DNA of 62,985 bases, filler included, from Choristocarpus tenellus KU-1152 (Eukaryota > Protista > Phaeophyceae), in assembly GCA_964200185.2 (NCBI GenBank). It is 12 parts of 12 records of this genome, joined end to end, with 100 filler letters (N's around TTAATTAATTAA, not from the genome) between each part and the next. Parts side by side here need not be neighbours in the genome. Positions count along the whole stretch, not along the records: positions 1 to 3,603 come from CAXNAD020019013.1; positions 3,704 to 16,302 come from CAXNAD020001770.1; 10 more parts are not named here. One strand, 5' to 3'. Shown here piece by piece: positions 1 to 14,400 of this stretch. How positions within the stretch are numbered: position 1 is the first letter of the stretch; every line of letters begins with the position of its first letter. The notes under the pieces are model-generated. The model was given only the letters and a program-made list of their open reading frames with translations, had not been told where the DNA came from and ran no database searches. The position numbers and the translations under genes are program-made.

Positions 1-1281
1 AATGTCAGCAAAAAAAATAGTTTGACTGAAACGGACGCCCCCTCACAAACCACCCCCCCTCCCCCAGATACTTTGAGTCTGGCAAAGGTGGAGGGTTTGA
101 GTGGGGGACACAAGGACAGGAAGGACACAGGCATGTGGTGGATGCATTATTGATGCAGCTACTACAAATGATAGTATGGTTGGGAGCTTGTTTTTTTTAC
201 TACAAGATATGTGTTTGCCCTCCTATTAATAAAGTATCACCTGCTTCCTCTGTTTCATGTTTTAGGTTACTACCCCTAGTATATTCCATCTATTGGTGGG
301 GTAAGAAAGAAGATGCTGTTCTAATTGTATAGTGGGTGTCTTGTACTTACCTCACTTTATTATGTGGGGGGGGTTATTCAGTGAAGCGACTGGCAGCCCT
401 GAGGTTCCACGTGGTGACAAGGAAAAGGTACGTACCTGAATTTGCCCTCCCAATCAACATCTTATCCTCTCAGGTCTAAACACTTGTTTTAAGGTTCCAA
501 TCTTGCTTTCGGATAACATGTGTGGCATTTCGTTGTCTTCCAGCAGGCTCAAGGTACACAATAATGTACTTGGGGCGTTATTAAAAGCACGAATACGCCC
601 TCTGACATTTGCAGTGCGATGGTTATCTGTGCTCGTCGAGTGTCATACCGGAAAGAAACCAAGCAAATCCCAATGTGCTTAAAACTCCTCTACTTGCGCA
701 CCACACTGCGTCACCGGTACAAAAAATACTGATGGAGCGCACAATAGGATATGGGTGTGACAACGGGGCTTGCAAAGGTCTCAAAGAGTACACCGCCCAC
801 GTCTACTGTTCTAGAGCTCTAGGAAGTTGACAGTGGCGCATGAAATTGGTGTACAAAATGTATGAGAAAGGATAATCACGACCAAACTACAGCACATTAT
901 GTAGGCATTCGGCAAGAAAGGAGAGAAAAGCGACATCAAGTCGTGGACAGGTGATCCGTATTAAATACCTTTAAAGTCCCCCGCAGTGCTCCTTTCGTGA
1001 ATGGTGGACAGATTGAATACTTACCTGTAACCCAGGTCCCGTCGTGTGGTCGAAAATATATTCCAGAGTAGATGTTATCCATGAGTACATATGCGTATAC
1101 AATTTCCAGTACATAATAGAGCCTTACGTAGTCATTCCTCATTGTTTATTGCCACTTGGAAGTAGGAAGCACCTGAACATGGCAAACGGTTAAAGTCTCT
1201 CCAGTTATCTGATCCAAAACCGTAAGTGGTAACACCCCAAATTCTTGGCTACTTCGAAGCCTAAAATGCTCACACCAAACT

Positions 1282-1537
1282 GAGTGAAAGTATCTTAGAG
1301 GGTGCGATTTTTACCCTCATTGTCCGTTTGGGGTTTGTCTTCCCATGAGTTTTTTAGGACATTATACCTACTCCAAACATTTCAGTAGGTAAAATGTGTA
1401 CGTTATGAAAATATGTTTCTGGAACAAGGATATTGACATTACCTAACAAACACAATAGCCAAAATAAGATCAAAATCGCAACGTTGGATTTTGACCCCCA
1501 AATGGACGCGGCTCTACTCTATAAGGTACTTTGACTC
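1282..1537. mobile_element. MITE family A (~255-275 bp), TIR ~GAGTCAAAGTATCTTAGAGGGTA
   Basis: Terminal inverted repeats; 4-bp direct flank AACT; dispersed homologous copies in other contigs. Confidence 0.9.
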
Positions 1538-3294
1538 AACTATAACCCCCAAACCCGAGACTATGCTCGGTCTTTTACTTGCAATAACGCTTACAATTTC
1601 GTCCCACCAACCACATAAAAATGCATACTTCGTCCTCGATTCTGAACACCGTCATGACTGAATTGTGATTGGTATGTTCTTGGGTATGGCTCCTGCAACC
1701 AGAAAATAACATGCACCCCATTATGTGTTCAACTTCATGGCTCAATCATGTACATTTCTACCATCTATCTCACAAGTTGGAGGGGCAGTGAGCTGACACC
1801 AATCGAGAGGTAGGCAGGTTTTTGTATCCATTCGCATTCCAACTCATCTTTCCTACCCTGGGTAATACAATATATATATCATTGCTTTATGTGCACAAAT
1901 GTGTACAAATAATCAACATTCCCCCTTTCAACACTCAAACCGACACCCTAATTCAGAAATGATCCTTCTGCAAATGCATGAAATTGGAGTCCTTTTGCCC
2001 TTTCTCGGTATCCTTAAATGCAACCCTGCCTACCTCTCAATTGGTTTGGCTCAGTACCATGTTTCAGCCTCTCCCAGATACAGCCAGAGTAAGCCCAACC
2101 TCGTCACCATGCCCTATTCTGCCACCCGATCTCTAGTCCTGAGTCTGATGATTGGAGAAGACGCCACCATAGCACAACCCTTAGCTAGTACTTCAATAAT
2201 GTCTCTCCTAGATCATTTCCAGTATTTTGGAAGAACTAACACATCATTGGGTAGTTTATGAATGGCCGACCTTGTGTTAGGAATGCATGAATTGCTTGTT
2301 TGAACCAATGCACATTTTGCACACTGCGAGTCACTCATGGAGAAGTAACCTCTGCAATAGCACAAATATTTCTGTGTAGAGCCAAATAGCTCCATAGAAG
2401 GTGGAGAAGGGACAGCAACAAGAGGTAGATCTGACTAACAGATAGAGACGTGGTTTCTTGGGCGAATAAAACAGGATAAAGTAAGGCATGTGCTTTAAAG
2501 GGGGGAAAACAATGGAGGATTTTCCACTGTTCACACTCTCACACATCACACCTTCCCCTAGTATGCCTGCTCCATCAGTCGACCAGTAATGGTACCAACA
2601 TACGATGTGCATCTCTCTCTGCTACTTAAGAATATTCTGCTACGGATATGCATATGTTTGATTTTTGACAAAAGAAGTGCCTTTCCTTGCAATGAGATCC
2701 AGCATAGAGTCAACTCAAGCTCTCATCGGCCTCTCAGAAATACTCAACACCATGCATGCAACTCTACAACTCTAATGAATGTATTGCCCTGACTTCTATC
2801 TGTTTCGTAGTACACATTATCCCCTTGTTAATGATGAAACATACTGCATCCCAGTGGAATAAAATGTATGCATTATATTTTTCAAAGCACTAGGATAATG
2901 TTTTTAGCACTGGCGGCTGCGAGGGAACGTTTCCAAGATGTGCTGAGATACAGTCTCGACGTTCTGGGCATTCATGTGTTTCTATAGATGTAATATAATT
3001 CCAACCCCAGCGTGCCCACAAAAAAAAAATGTGTGCACAAGTATAGTGTAATATATAGTATCATACATATATAATTGATATTTGACTCAGTGACCTCCTG
3101 GGGCTTACCTACCCTCCTCCCTTGTCTCTCTCCCTTCCATTCCTCCTGTTACTCTTTCCCCTTCCCTTCCATCTGAAGAACCTGTCTTCCGGTTTCCACC
3201 GGTTTCACAGCAGCGATATTGGCAGGGCATGCCATGAACTCCTTACCAGTGAATTCTTGGAGGGGTTCAGTCAGATCTTCTCAATGTAGAATAA

Positions 3295-3603
3295 AATATC
3301 GACAGATCTACAGAAGGATATGCATCATCTCTGTCACTGGTGTAGAAAAGGCGTTCAGTCCATTCAGGATGCACACTAAAGGGATCATGTACGGCCAAGC
3401 CAAGGTCATGCCGGCTCTTGTCTAGGACAGAATATCTGGAGTTATTAAGCGGGCACAGATCAACAGCAGGATCCGCGTCATCTCTGCTACTGTGGTAGAA
3501 ATGGTGTTCAGTCCGCTCAGGATGTACATCAGAGGGGGCATGTACAGCCAAGCTGAGGCCATGCTGACTGTTGTCTAGGAAAGAATATCAGGAGTGCTTG
3601 GAG
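3295..3603 (-). repeat. Two diverged 153-bp (51-aa) tandem coding repeats running off the contig
   Basis: LAVHAPSDVHPERTEHHFYHSSRDDADPAVDL vs LAVHDPFSVHPEWTERLFYTSDRDDAYPSVDL. Confidence 0.8.
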
Positions 3604-3703
3604 NNNNNNNNNNNNNNNNNNNNNNNNNNNNNNNNNNNNNNNNNNNNTTAATTAATTAANNNNNNNNNNNNNNNNNNNNNNNNNNNNNNNNNNNNNNNNN
3701 NNN
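3604..3703. other. Artificial contig spacer (N44-TTAATTAATTAA-N44); identical spacers at 16303-16402, 24416-24515, 30398-30497, 34265-34364, 37024-37123, 42716-42815, 48766-48865, 53410-53509, 56865-56964, 60156-60255
   Basis: Eleven identical 100-bp blocks; TTAATTAATTAA gives stop codons in all six frames, a standard concatenation linker. Confidence 0.98.
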
Positions 3704-3764
3704 GGGGAATGTGTCTCCTTGGTGGATCTTTTTTTTTTTTTTTGTTTGCATCATAATTTGGCAG

Positions 3765-6700
3765 TTACATCGGCCTACAAACACTGGCATTGACGATGGA
3801 CAACGTTTCAGAGGAGGTATTTCGGGATGCTGATGCCTCCCCAAAAATTCGGAAGATTGTTCTCCAGGCAAGTGGGCTTGATCTTGTTAGCAACCTAGAG
3901 CACATGCCTTTTGTTGTACATATAATTTAGTTCTTTTAATACTGCGAAAGCATCTGTGACAGGACATTTCCACAAGAATGTGAAGCATAGGCCTTTTTTC
4001 ATTTGAGATCCCTCCAAGATTCAGAGGTAGTATGCTTGAGGTCTCTTGTCATTGAACACGGCGCACAGATTGGTGTTCAAGACCCTTCTTCGTCTCTGAT
4101 TGAGGGAGCAAGCTATTTCCAGCAGGGTATACTCTTTGTTTTCCAACCAGAAGAGGAGGGGTGAGGACAGCCTTTACGGTGCCTTCACTGCGACTTCCCC
4201 CAACCCAGTCACTAGTTTTTCCAGGCCAATTGGGTCAAATTATCTTAGAGGGTAGAGCTGCGTCCATTTGGAGGACAATCCAATGTTGCGATTTTGATGT
4301 AATTATGGCTATCATGTTTGGTAGGAGATGTCAATATCCTTGTTCCGGACACACTGTTTCATAACGTGTATGTTTTACCTACTCAGACATGGTTTCGGGG
4401 TAGGTAAAATGTTATTAAAACCCGTGGGAAGTCAAGTCCCAAATGAACAAAGAGGGCAAAACTCGTACCCTTCAAGATACTTTAACTCAATGTATGTGTC
4501 TACATATGCTGTGCCAAGATGTATCAAGTATATGTAAGCAAGTGCATATTTATGTATATACATGTTCCTGTTTGTTGAACAGGGCTCTGACTTGGGAGAA
4601 ATTGTGACAATCTTGAGACGGGCACTGGCTATGGCCTACTATGGAGTTCCTGCACAGGCAGTACCCTTCAAGATGACCCTTCCACGAAGGCTAATTCAAG
4701 ATATTTCCAGTCAGCCCCACCCCGAAGGAACTGAGCAGGTCGGTGGGGGGGGAGGGGGTAATTGGCCTCTCTTTCGAAATAAAGGGTCAAATAAGTGAGT
4801 GTGTGAACCTGCAACTTCATGTCAGGGTGTTGCAAAATTCTCTGGAGCAGTATGGGAGTTACATGGGAGTACAGGGTCGGAACCAGACAATCTTTATGAG
4901 AGTCCACAGAACGCAGGCACCTGATATTCACATCCTCAAGAATCTCAAGAATTGTGTCATTCAAGTATAAGCACGATAAATTCGTCAAGGCCACTGTACA
5001 TGCAGTTCTGCAATGTGTGCAATCAAACACATTAGTACCCAACCTAGGTTTAGCCACACCCAAGGTGGATGTGAGTTTTCAAGCCTTGGAAAGTCTATCC
5101 TTCATGATACTTTGAGGTAAAAGAATGACTTGGGTACTCCTCTCTCCAAACTTTTAAACCTCATTAGGCACGCATAAAACTCCGACAATTCCCTTCTGAG
5201 CTACCATCACTGATGTTGATTCCAACAGACTGCCATTTTCCAACATCACTTCAGTCTCCCATGCCCTAACCAAGATCTCTTCATCTCCTGAAATGCAAGA
5301 CTTGAAACCGACCTCCTCATCTCCTCTGATATTTTGTTTTCAATGTGCTGGTGCTGCTGACTTGACTGACTTCATCATAAGAGTGGCGGTATTTACCCTG
5401 TATTTTTAGCGGCGTGGACGGTGGATGGTGGGGGAAGGGCATACAAGGGACATGATGGACCAGGAAGTTCTCTGAAGGAAGGAAACTTTGCTGAGCAGGC
5501 AGTAGATGCCTGGGTAAGTAGTGAATAGGAAGGGTATGAGGAGAAAGGGCAAGGTGGTGTGTGATCCTATTTCAAGGGGATGTTTTCCGAAAGTATGTAG
5601 AAGGATAGTGATATATAGTACACCATCTTGAGAGTTTGCAGCATGCAGTGATTGAAACATGCAGTAGGTTCATGAAGAATGCACGATAATGTGGCGATCA
5701 ATGCTGTTAATACTGTAAGTTATGATAGTATTTCTGCTTTTAAAGTGAATGACCAAAAAAGGATATGGAGTGGATGTATATGGCTGGACTTGTGTCTGTG
5801 GTTTCATGTATGGGCCGTTGCCATAGGTAAAGAGTTGCGCCACTCGTGCATTCAACATGTCCATGATTTTTCCAGGTGGTCTATTTTCTGATGCATTGGT
5901 CACGGGGAATGCGCCCACTATGAGGAATTTAAACTGAGAAGGACAGATATACTTGAGTACAAGCATAAAACATACTCGTGGTCATGTGTATGGTTATGAC
6001 GATTTGTTCAACCTCCTGTTTCCTATCTAAACCTTGAAGTAAACTTGCCGATCATTTACAAGAACATGCAAGATGTGAAATTAGGAGGATTGCCAATCTC
6101 GGGGTTTGATGCCGTAAAAGCGAGGCTGATAGTTGGGATACTGTCTTTGCGTTAGTATGCACGTCTTTGTGTAGATATTTTTTTGTACATACTATACCTG
6201 CAGAATTTACCTTCATCCAAGGACCTTGAAGAGTGCTCAATACACATCACATAATCCTTGAAACTGTCATTCAAGACTCTAGGGCACCTGATGTATATGT
6301 GAGATTTGTATGTGTTTGCAGTGTAGAAATGACAAGGGCGTGTGTCCATTTTATTTTATACCACACCGAAACATACCAAGTACTCCAGAGGACGAAGTAT
6401 GGTATCTGTACAACTCTTGAAGCAGGGCAGCCCTGCTTTTCTAACCTCCTTTCCCTACTTCATTATCGATCAACCTTTGCCTGCAAAGCCTAACTCATTT
6501 GTTTCCCCCTTTCAAAAAAATATTAATTAAGTCTGGCAAGCTGGACCTCATGCATGCAGTGTGCCGAGATGAGAAAGCTGGTTTGGCAGTTCTGCGTGCG
6601 ATTCGGTTTAACACACACTTTGTTCGATTGAGTCTTGCTGGTTGGGTCCTTCAGCCCGAGTCCAACGCTGCCTGTGCCCTCCCTGGGGCTCTGCGTGACC

Positions 6701-9700
6701 TGCTGATGTGGAATGTGACACTTCAGGACTTGATCATGCCTGGTGTTTTCTCATTGGGTGAGATTGTCCTTGGGTTTTTGTACAAAGAATAAACCTCATT
6801 GAGAGTATATCACTTTCCTTCAGAGGGTGGAAGACATAATACTAACTATGGCAACCCCCCCTAGCAAGAGGCTTCCTGAAGGGAAAGAAAGCACACTACT
6901 TGAACGCGAGAGATGGGAGGAAAATATATATATATTTATATGTATACGTGTGTGTGTACTTCAAAATACAAATGGAAAAAAGAGGCAATATCTTCCACCT
7001 TTCCAGCGATGTATTGCTTGAAGGACTTGTGTCCTCAGGGATATGGACCACTTTGTAACCTGGACAAGAGCGTAAGCAACTATATGTGCGAGTGTGTTTG
7101 TGGTCAATATGTGAGCTCACAAGTGTATCCACTGAAAATTATTGATGGCACAAAGACAGTGGTGCACACTATGTCATTTTTTTCTCATACAAGCACTCAG
7201 TAGTTAGTTGGTGAGTGCTCTAGCGTCAATTTGCAAGTGCTTCCTTGAATTTGATGTGTGCATACACTCAGAATTTGAAGAGGAACTATGGCCCCTCATG
7301 CCTTCATATAAAGTGTTTGGTGTGATGTGTATTCCAGACAAAATATATTTTCAAAGGTTTTCTCAGGGTGGGTGCGGAGGGTATTTTTCCCTTGTCACAT
7401 TGGTAGCCGTTGCTGTGCGCAGGACCTGGGGGTTGTGATTCCTGGGGTAAGAAATATGAAAGGGACGGTTCACGTTGGAGTACTTGTGGGCTGAACAGAG
7501 GTGATGCTTTCTTGTGACGTGGCCAAAATGTGTATTTTCTTGAGCTTGGGAATATATGCAACGATGGAACGCCCTAGTTCGCCTTCATATCCATTTGTGT
7601 AGTTTTTTTTGCTAAAATGTAAGTAAGTGAATTGATCTGCTGTCATGGTTTGGAGTAGATCAATATGTATAGGGTTTGGGATAGGGTTAGAATTTGGGCT
7701 GTGAATGAGATTTCAATTTCTTTCGAGGTGTGATGGAGGATTGCCTAATTATAGGGAGAGAGATGCATACAACTTTGACCTAAGAAGGGACCTAGTATTG
7801 GGGATAGTAGAAGTACTATTTCTGTGTCACACTTTTCAACCTACTAACCCCATGAGCGACAACTAAATTGCCTCTCTTCCCTTCGCTTCTCTGCCTGATC
7901 ACCAAACAGCACCGATGACCAAAAGTCAGTGGACTGACCTTGGAAATGCACTCCTAATGAACCCCCGGCCCATGGTAAGCAGACGACTGTTGTGTTGAAA
8001 ATTTACTTGATACTATGGCTATGTGGAGGTACTTCCCCATTTCCCTTCTTCTCCCTAGTTTTCCATTGTTCAATTGCTATATCCCTTGAAAACGCAGCCA
8101 CATGGGGATACCCATTGCTTGTAGTTGGAATCTTGGTTGAGAAGTTTCAGCCTTAGGGTTGAGCTTGGATTTAAGGTGGAAAGATTGACTGGATTTTCAT
8201 TACGTTATTTTGTTCCTCCTCTTTAATTCGGCGATTCTCGCACCCATAGCCGTTGCTGCTTTTTTCAATGTGGTTATTTTTAAAAAATACTGAGTGTGCA
8301 GGTCTCAGACTGTCAAACCTTGTTGTTGATCTACTCCTGCACTATTCTGCGCCCTAAGTTAACATTGTTAGATCTGAGTGGAAACTGTATGGGTGATGAC
8401 GGTCTCCTTGGCCTCCTTCCTGGTCTCTGGCGCATCTTTTCCTTCATTGCACCGGTCAGGGAACTGGAACTCTCCAGGAACGGTCTCACCCCAGAGTCGT
8501 TGCAATCTCTTCTGAAAATGTTCTGTGGTGAAGGTGAGGAAAACTGGTAGGACAGGAGGTTATGGCAAGTGAATTGAAGTATTGCATTGATGGGGAGAGT
8601 GGGGACTGGTTGAAGTAACATGTAGGTCGATGTAGAGGCATAAAGGCGTTTGTACTCATATTTGCTGACTTCTTTGTGTTTGGGAAGAACCTCTTTTATG
8701 TCTTGTGTTGTGATGTAGCCACTGTTCTAATGGGTTTCGTTATGTGCTCCATGATGTTTGTGGTGCTGGTGTCTCTACTATAGACTTCAGCTTCTCACCT
8801 ATAACTGACGCTGCCTACTTCATACGCTGAGATGGTACTCAGTTCCTTTGATTCTACTATGATTTACAAGTAAATCCAGGTTCAAGTGAGAGTGAACGGA
8901 ACGATGGACATTACTGTACCTAGATTGATTCATTATGCAATAACTCAGAGATATTCAGTACCTCAGTTACTTTTTGATGTATGTACTGGACTAGCTCGTT
9001 GAGATTAGTGTGAGGATGTTTGATGGATAAGGGGGGGTGGGAAGTGAGGAATAAATCGATGAGGTACATGCCTGAACAGTGTTGATGTTATGGCCTTTGT
9101 ATGGTCCAGGATCCTTTTACTTCTGTCCACCATATGCAAAGATATCTTTCTGTTCTGTAACATGCAAAAGTTAAGTATAGGGGGAAGAGAACTGCACTGT
9201 ATCAAAATAGTATGGTCTGGCTTCTCTTCTCAAAATACTTCCTCCAGTAGAATTCACAGCCTAATCACAGATATCTCAATCTTGTCCCTCTGCTGATATT
9301 TCACTGTAACCTTCAATGACTTAAAATACACCTTATACCCTTATCTGTCACCTCCCAATTATCACCTCTGCTTCCCCAAACCGTCTGCTTGGTGACGGGG
9401 GGATAAAATATCCCAAAATATTTACAGGTGTAACGTTTGCCTCTCCCTTGCCCGTTGGCATGATCACCCCTTCAAACCCCCCCACGCCAAGCATGGGCTT
9501 TCTTAGCAGCTTAAGGCTAGGCGGTAGTAGGATGCCCACAAGTTATGTTAGTGTTTCTGGAGTGACGCTCACTGGACTTGGTCCACAGCTTGGAAACATG
9601 CTCAGCCGCTGCTCTTTTCTTAGTGCCTTGGACCTCTCAGTAAGGGATGCTTCCATGGAGTGCGGAAGGATGACAGCAATGGATGGAGTGGCTGTGATGA

Positions 9701-11450
9701 AGGCATTGGTTGATAGTCTTTGTCCACTGGAAACATTGGACTTAAGGGGCCAGTGGTGAGAAGGACTCTCTGTCCAGTCTGAGACATCAAAATTTTTATT
9801 TTTCCTGAATGCATTGTGCTTGCTATCTGAAATGTTCAGTTGGTGTTGGGAGGGGTAGGAGTGTGGCTGTGTATCGAGCTGGTCCTTAAGTCTTTGTGTA
9901 TTTGAGGATGTGACAAGGTTATCAATTGTCATTGACGCGCAGCAACAAGGAGAGACATTACAGAGGAACATGATATTTTCAGTATGATTGTGTTATTCAG
10001 ATATATGTTACATGGAGTGTTGGCCCTTCAACCTCATGATATTTTTTTCTTTTGAGAGGTATACATGGGGTGCTGGCAATTCCTGTAACATATATTCCTT
10101 CTACGCAAGCCCTAAGAATTACCAATGGAGGCATTATTGACGAGAAAGTGTGATATTATGAGACCATTCTGCTGCTGTGAGTTTGGTGCTAGGGAAGTTG
10201 ATACCCCATAAATTGTACACAGCTGGTAGTTGCTCGTAGGAATGAGCGAAAGTATCTTAGAGGGTACGAGTTTTGCCCTGTTTGTCCATTTGGGGCTTGG
10301 CTTCCCGTGGGGTTTTTAATGACATTTTCCTACTCCAAAATGTTTCGGAGTAGGTGAATAGTTTAAGTAATGAAAAGGTGTGTCCAGAACATGGATATTG
10401 ACACTTTCTAACAAACACAATACCAAACATTGCATCAAAATCGCAACATTGGATTTTGACCCCCAAATGGACACGGCTCTACCCTCTAAGATACTTTGGC
10501 TCAATTGAAATAACAGGTTGAGATATGATGTTGAAAGGTTGTGAATATCACTGACGGTGTTGCCTGCGTACACAGCACCATTTGGGCATTCCTTGGGGTT
10601 CTACTCATACCCTTGAAACTGTAAGTGAGCCTGACTTTGAGATAGTCCTACAGATTGAGATAGACTGGTGCAAAGTTACCCCTGCTTAGATGCTTATGTA
10701 CCGTAATACCTCAAACTTCTTCACTTGCTACAGCAGACATGATCATATGATACATGAGTTTACTTGTTATGATGTAGTCCCAGGGAGGGTTAAGTGTGTT
10801 TTATGTGTAGTGGTAGCTGTGTTTGTACCTTGGAACCACAATCATGGGCGAGTTGTTAGAATAGTCAAGGAGAAGGGGGTTAAGCATATTTCCTGAAATA
10901 ACAGAAATAAAGAATGTCAACCTGGTCCCTGAAATGTGGCATGCATCAATGACTCACATACTCAGCCACCTGCTTCTTCAATTGCCATTATTCTCAGTCA
11001 TTCCACCAGCATTCATTTTATCTGACTCCCTGCTCATGGTCTGGATTCCAGGGAGGCAATGGCCGATGGCCCACCTGCTGAGGCTTTGGCAGAACTAATT
11101 GACAAGAAGCCCACCCTAAATTTGCTGCGCATTGGGTTGTTTGAATATGCGGGAACCCACCCCACTCTGGGTATGCTTTTGTCGTCTTTGTGGAGGCAAG
11201 CAATAACCAGGACTGGACAGACAGGTAGTTTGGGTTCAATTTCGGGATGAGTTGTGGGGGGGTCAGGAGTTCGGATCAGAGGGTGCATGATGATGATGCC
11301 ATTGGCTGCATGTTGAGATTTTGAATTTCAAGTTATGTAGGGGTGATGGTGCGGAAAATTAGCTTGCCTCTTGGGAGAGCAGTATTAATAAATGTTCCTC
11401 ATGATTTGTAAGGTTTAGTGCCCCCAGGCAAAGTCAGAAACGGGTTTTTG

Positions 11451-11491
<41 letters not shown>

Positions 11492-14400
11492 GGAAGAGTG
11501 TTTGGATGAAAAGGAACAGTGGTAGACAAGATGACATCTTCCTGTTAAAACTGAGTGGGTGTCAAGTTTGTGAGGGTGGGTAGTGGGAGTTGAATCAGAA
11601 ACAATAGAAAGGTGGTGGGCAGGGAGAAGATTAATTTGCCTTGATCTCATACTGTTTGGAGCAAACTTCTCTAGAGGTTTACTCTCCAAACAACAGTTAC
11701 ACATTCAAATGCAACGTAGAGAAAAAACACTGCCCTTCTTCATCTACTCTTTCCTCACTTCTGGCAGAACTTCAGTCTTTATGGAATTTCAACTGTGTGT
11801 GCATAACAGACTGACCCCCCTCCCCAATTTGTTGATATCCCAGTTGATTTGTCCTTCACTCAACTTCAAGGGTGTGCAGTGGAGTTTGTTTCAGCTGGCT
11901 GCCCAGTCGCCATGCCTGGGAGCGTTGTCTTCAAGACTTGTGGGATCACTGGTTCTTTCTTTAGGGGCAAGTAGGAATGATGAGCATTACCCTTTGTTGA
12001 AGTCCGAGTCTCACCTTGCAATGGGGGAGAAAGAATCAATCCATACCTCGGGTTGGGAGAGGGGAGAGGTGATTCTCTTTGTGAAGGGAAGGAGAAAAAA
12101 GCTTATTGTGTGCAAATCAGAGGAAGCAGGTCCAATTACTCTTAGCAAATCCCACCTGTACTTTTGTTGAGATTGACTGCTTTCACATCGAAAATTAGCT
12201 TAAGTCCAACTGAAATTGTTCTCGGAAAACCCACTGTTGGAAACACCTCACACACTCTACTCAAAGAAAGTTCAGACGTTGAGGCTATTATGCTGTCCTA
12301 CTATGCAGCTAAGTTCCTTTTTGCATCCTGATTGTACTGAAACTAAGCAGACAAGGATTTGTCTGCTCCATTATTTGAGCAGTAAGAGAGAGACAATGTG
12401 TTGTCTTAACTAAAAACAGAAGAAGTGCTGAGAGTAGTGAATACCCTGTGGAGCGACCCAGTATAGCAAGTGGAAAATGTGGGGGGTACGCTTCACAATC
12501 TCTTCTTCTTTTTTTCGTGTGATGCCTTTCACAAACCAGTGTTGGAAACATTTGTTCATTATAGGTGGCGAAGATATTTGTCAGTGGAAGAAAGTAGCGT
12601 TACTCTGCAGAATCTCACAGGAGTATACTCTATGCATAGCCAGCTGAAGATGGTGAAATCCCTCATTTCATATCCTTTTCTGACCATTTGCAGATGTCAT
12701 CGTAGTCTACCTGCCTTGCCCACAAAATTAAGAGACCCCTGGCTTTGGATGGACTCGATACCACAATAATATTGCAAGTATGGATTTCATTTCTGTTTTA
12801 GTGGCTCGTATATGTTTTGGGAGCCTTTAGTCTTAAGCACTTGCCCTTGCCTGTCCATGAGCCAAGCTAATTTTCTGTTTCTAATGTATGTTTCCTACTC
12901 ACAACATCTTTACCATTGATGGGTAGATGTTTACTGTTACACTGCTGCAGTGGCAACTGTCTTTATTATGACATCTAACGCAAAAAAATGTTGATTTTCT
13001 GGTAGGATCCCACTAGAATCTCCTTGTTTTCCAGTTCAGTCCCTAACCCTGTCCCTTAACCCCACCCCTTCATCCTTTCAAACACCCTCACAAATACCCC
13101 CTCCCTCCTCTCCTCTCTCTCTGGGTCAGTATAGCTGCAGTTAGTGTCATTCTAGGGGTGACAGTAGAATACTAATGGAAGCGGATATCACAACATTACA
13201 TCCTTATTCCATTGACTTTCCCTTGTCACACACACCTGCTTTTTACCCTCTTCCATTACCTCAGATTTTCTACCTATGTGTGCCAACCCTGCCTATGGCC
13301 TTGTCCGACTTGACATATCCTACAGGTATGTTCCTTTTGTCCCAAAGTATCTTGGGGGGAGGGGGGGTCTACACCAGGGTGTCCATTTTGACCATAACCA
13401 GGAAAAGTGTACTTACAATATCCATCCCACATATGCAACCAAAGCACACAAAAATTGAAATATGAAAAAATTGGCCCCAAATGGACAGTCCCCACTCCCC
13501 CTAGATACTTTGAGCCTTTGCGGGGTTTGGGACCTTGGGATTGTTAAATTTGGTTTGTAGGACCTTGTGGTGGTGGTGTTACTGTTATGTGCTGATTCTG
13601 AGGGAGATAAAATCGTGGTTGTGTCTGTTTAAGTGTGATTTTATCTCTGTGTAAGTATTATTAGTTTTGCAGGTCGGGGGTGGGTTGAAATTAGACATGC
13701 ATTTGGGATGAGGAGGAAAAAAGGGGTGGGGAAAAGTTGGTCTACCCTGCTTGGGCTCATAGATTCGAGGCAGTGATAGATGAAAAGACTTAAAAGATCA
13801 TAAACTGGAAGGATGGAGCACTTTGGTTTTATTTCAAAGCATATGATGGGTGGTGAATAATTTCCCCAACTTGAGCATTATAAAGATGTTGATAATGTCC
13901 TTCACCTCGTATCTTTTTCACCAAGACTGATATTGGTCTTCCTTCATTACAAAGTACAACCCTCCTAGATGATAACTATTGTGTTGTGAGGCAACGGACT
14001 AGGTTGTTGGGCAAGGCAAAAGGATTTCTACACAGCAGAGCCTACAATCGTTTCTTACACAGCCTGCTCCCCTGCAAGGATATTGAAGTTTTTTCATGGG
14101 TTGATTCAGCAGAGGCATAGGGAAGGCATCTTTTTTTAGAATATATACTTCGAAGTACATCTTGGAAGATTTGAATTCAATTTCCACTTTTTCTACTTTT
14201 TGCCAACTGCACCTGTTCTTAGTCATAGTGTTGATATCTTCTAGAAAAAGAAGATAGAAAAGGGTCTTCCTACAGGGAAATGTTTTAATTTTCTTTGGGT
14301 TAGGGTGGCCTAATGCTGAGAGAATTTTATGAAGTTGAGGCAAAGGCTGATATGAGAAACTTTTGGTGATCATCTCCCCTTTCTCCCCTGACAAAACCTT

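Noticed and set aside
1740-2800. LINE reverse transcriptase remnant on the minus strand
   Set aside because: Coding-like but no diagnostic motif could be read confidently.
3604-3703. Recurrent TTAATTAATTAA palindrome as a biological repeat or CRISPR-like array
   Set aside because: Always centred in identical N blocks; it is an assembly concatenation linker.
11583-12170. 195-aa ORF
   Set aside because: Intronic sequence overlapping a real exon (11844-11966) that is read in a different frame.
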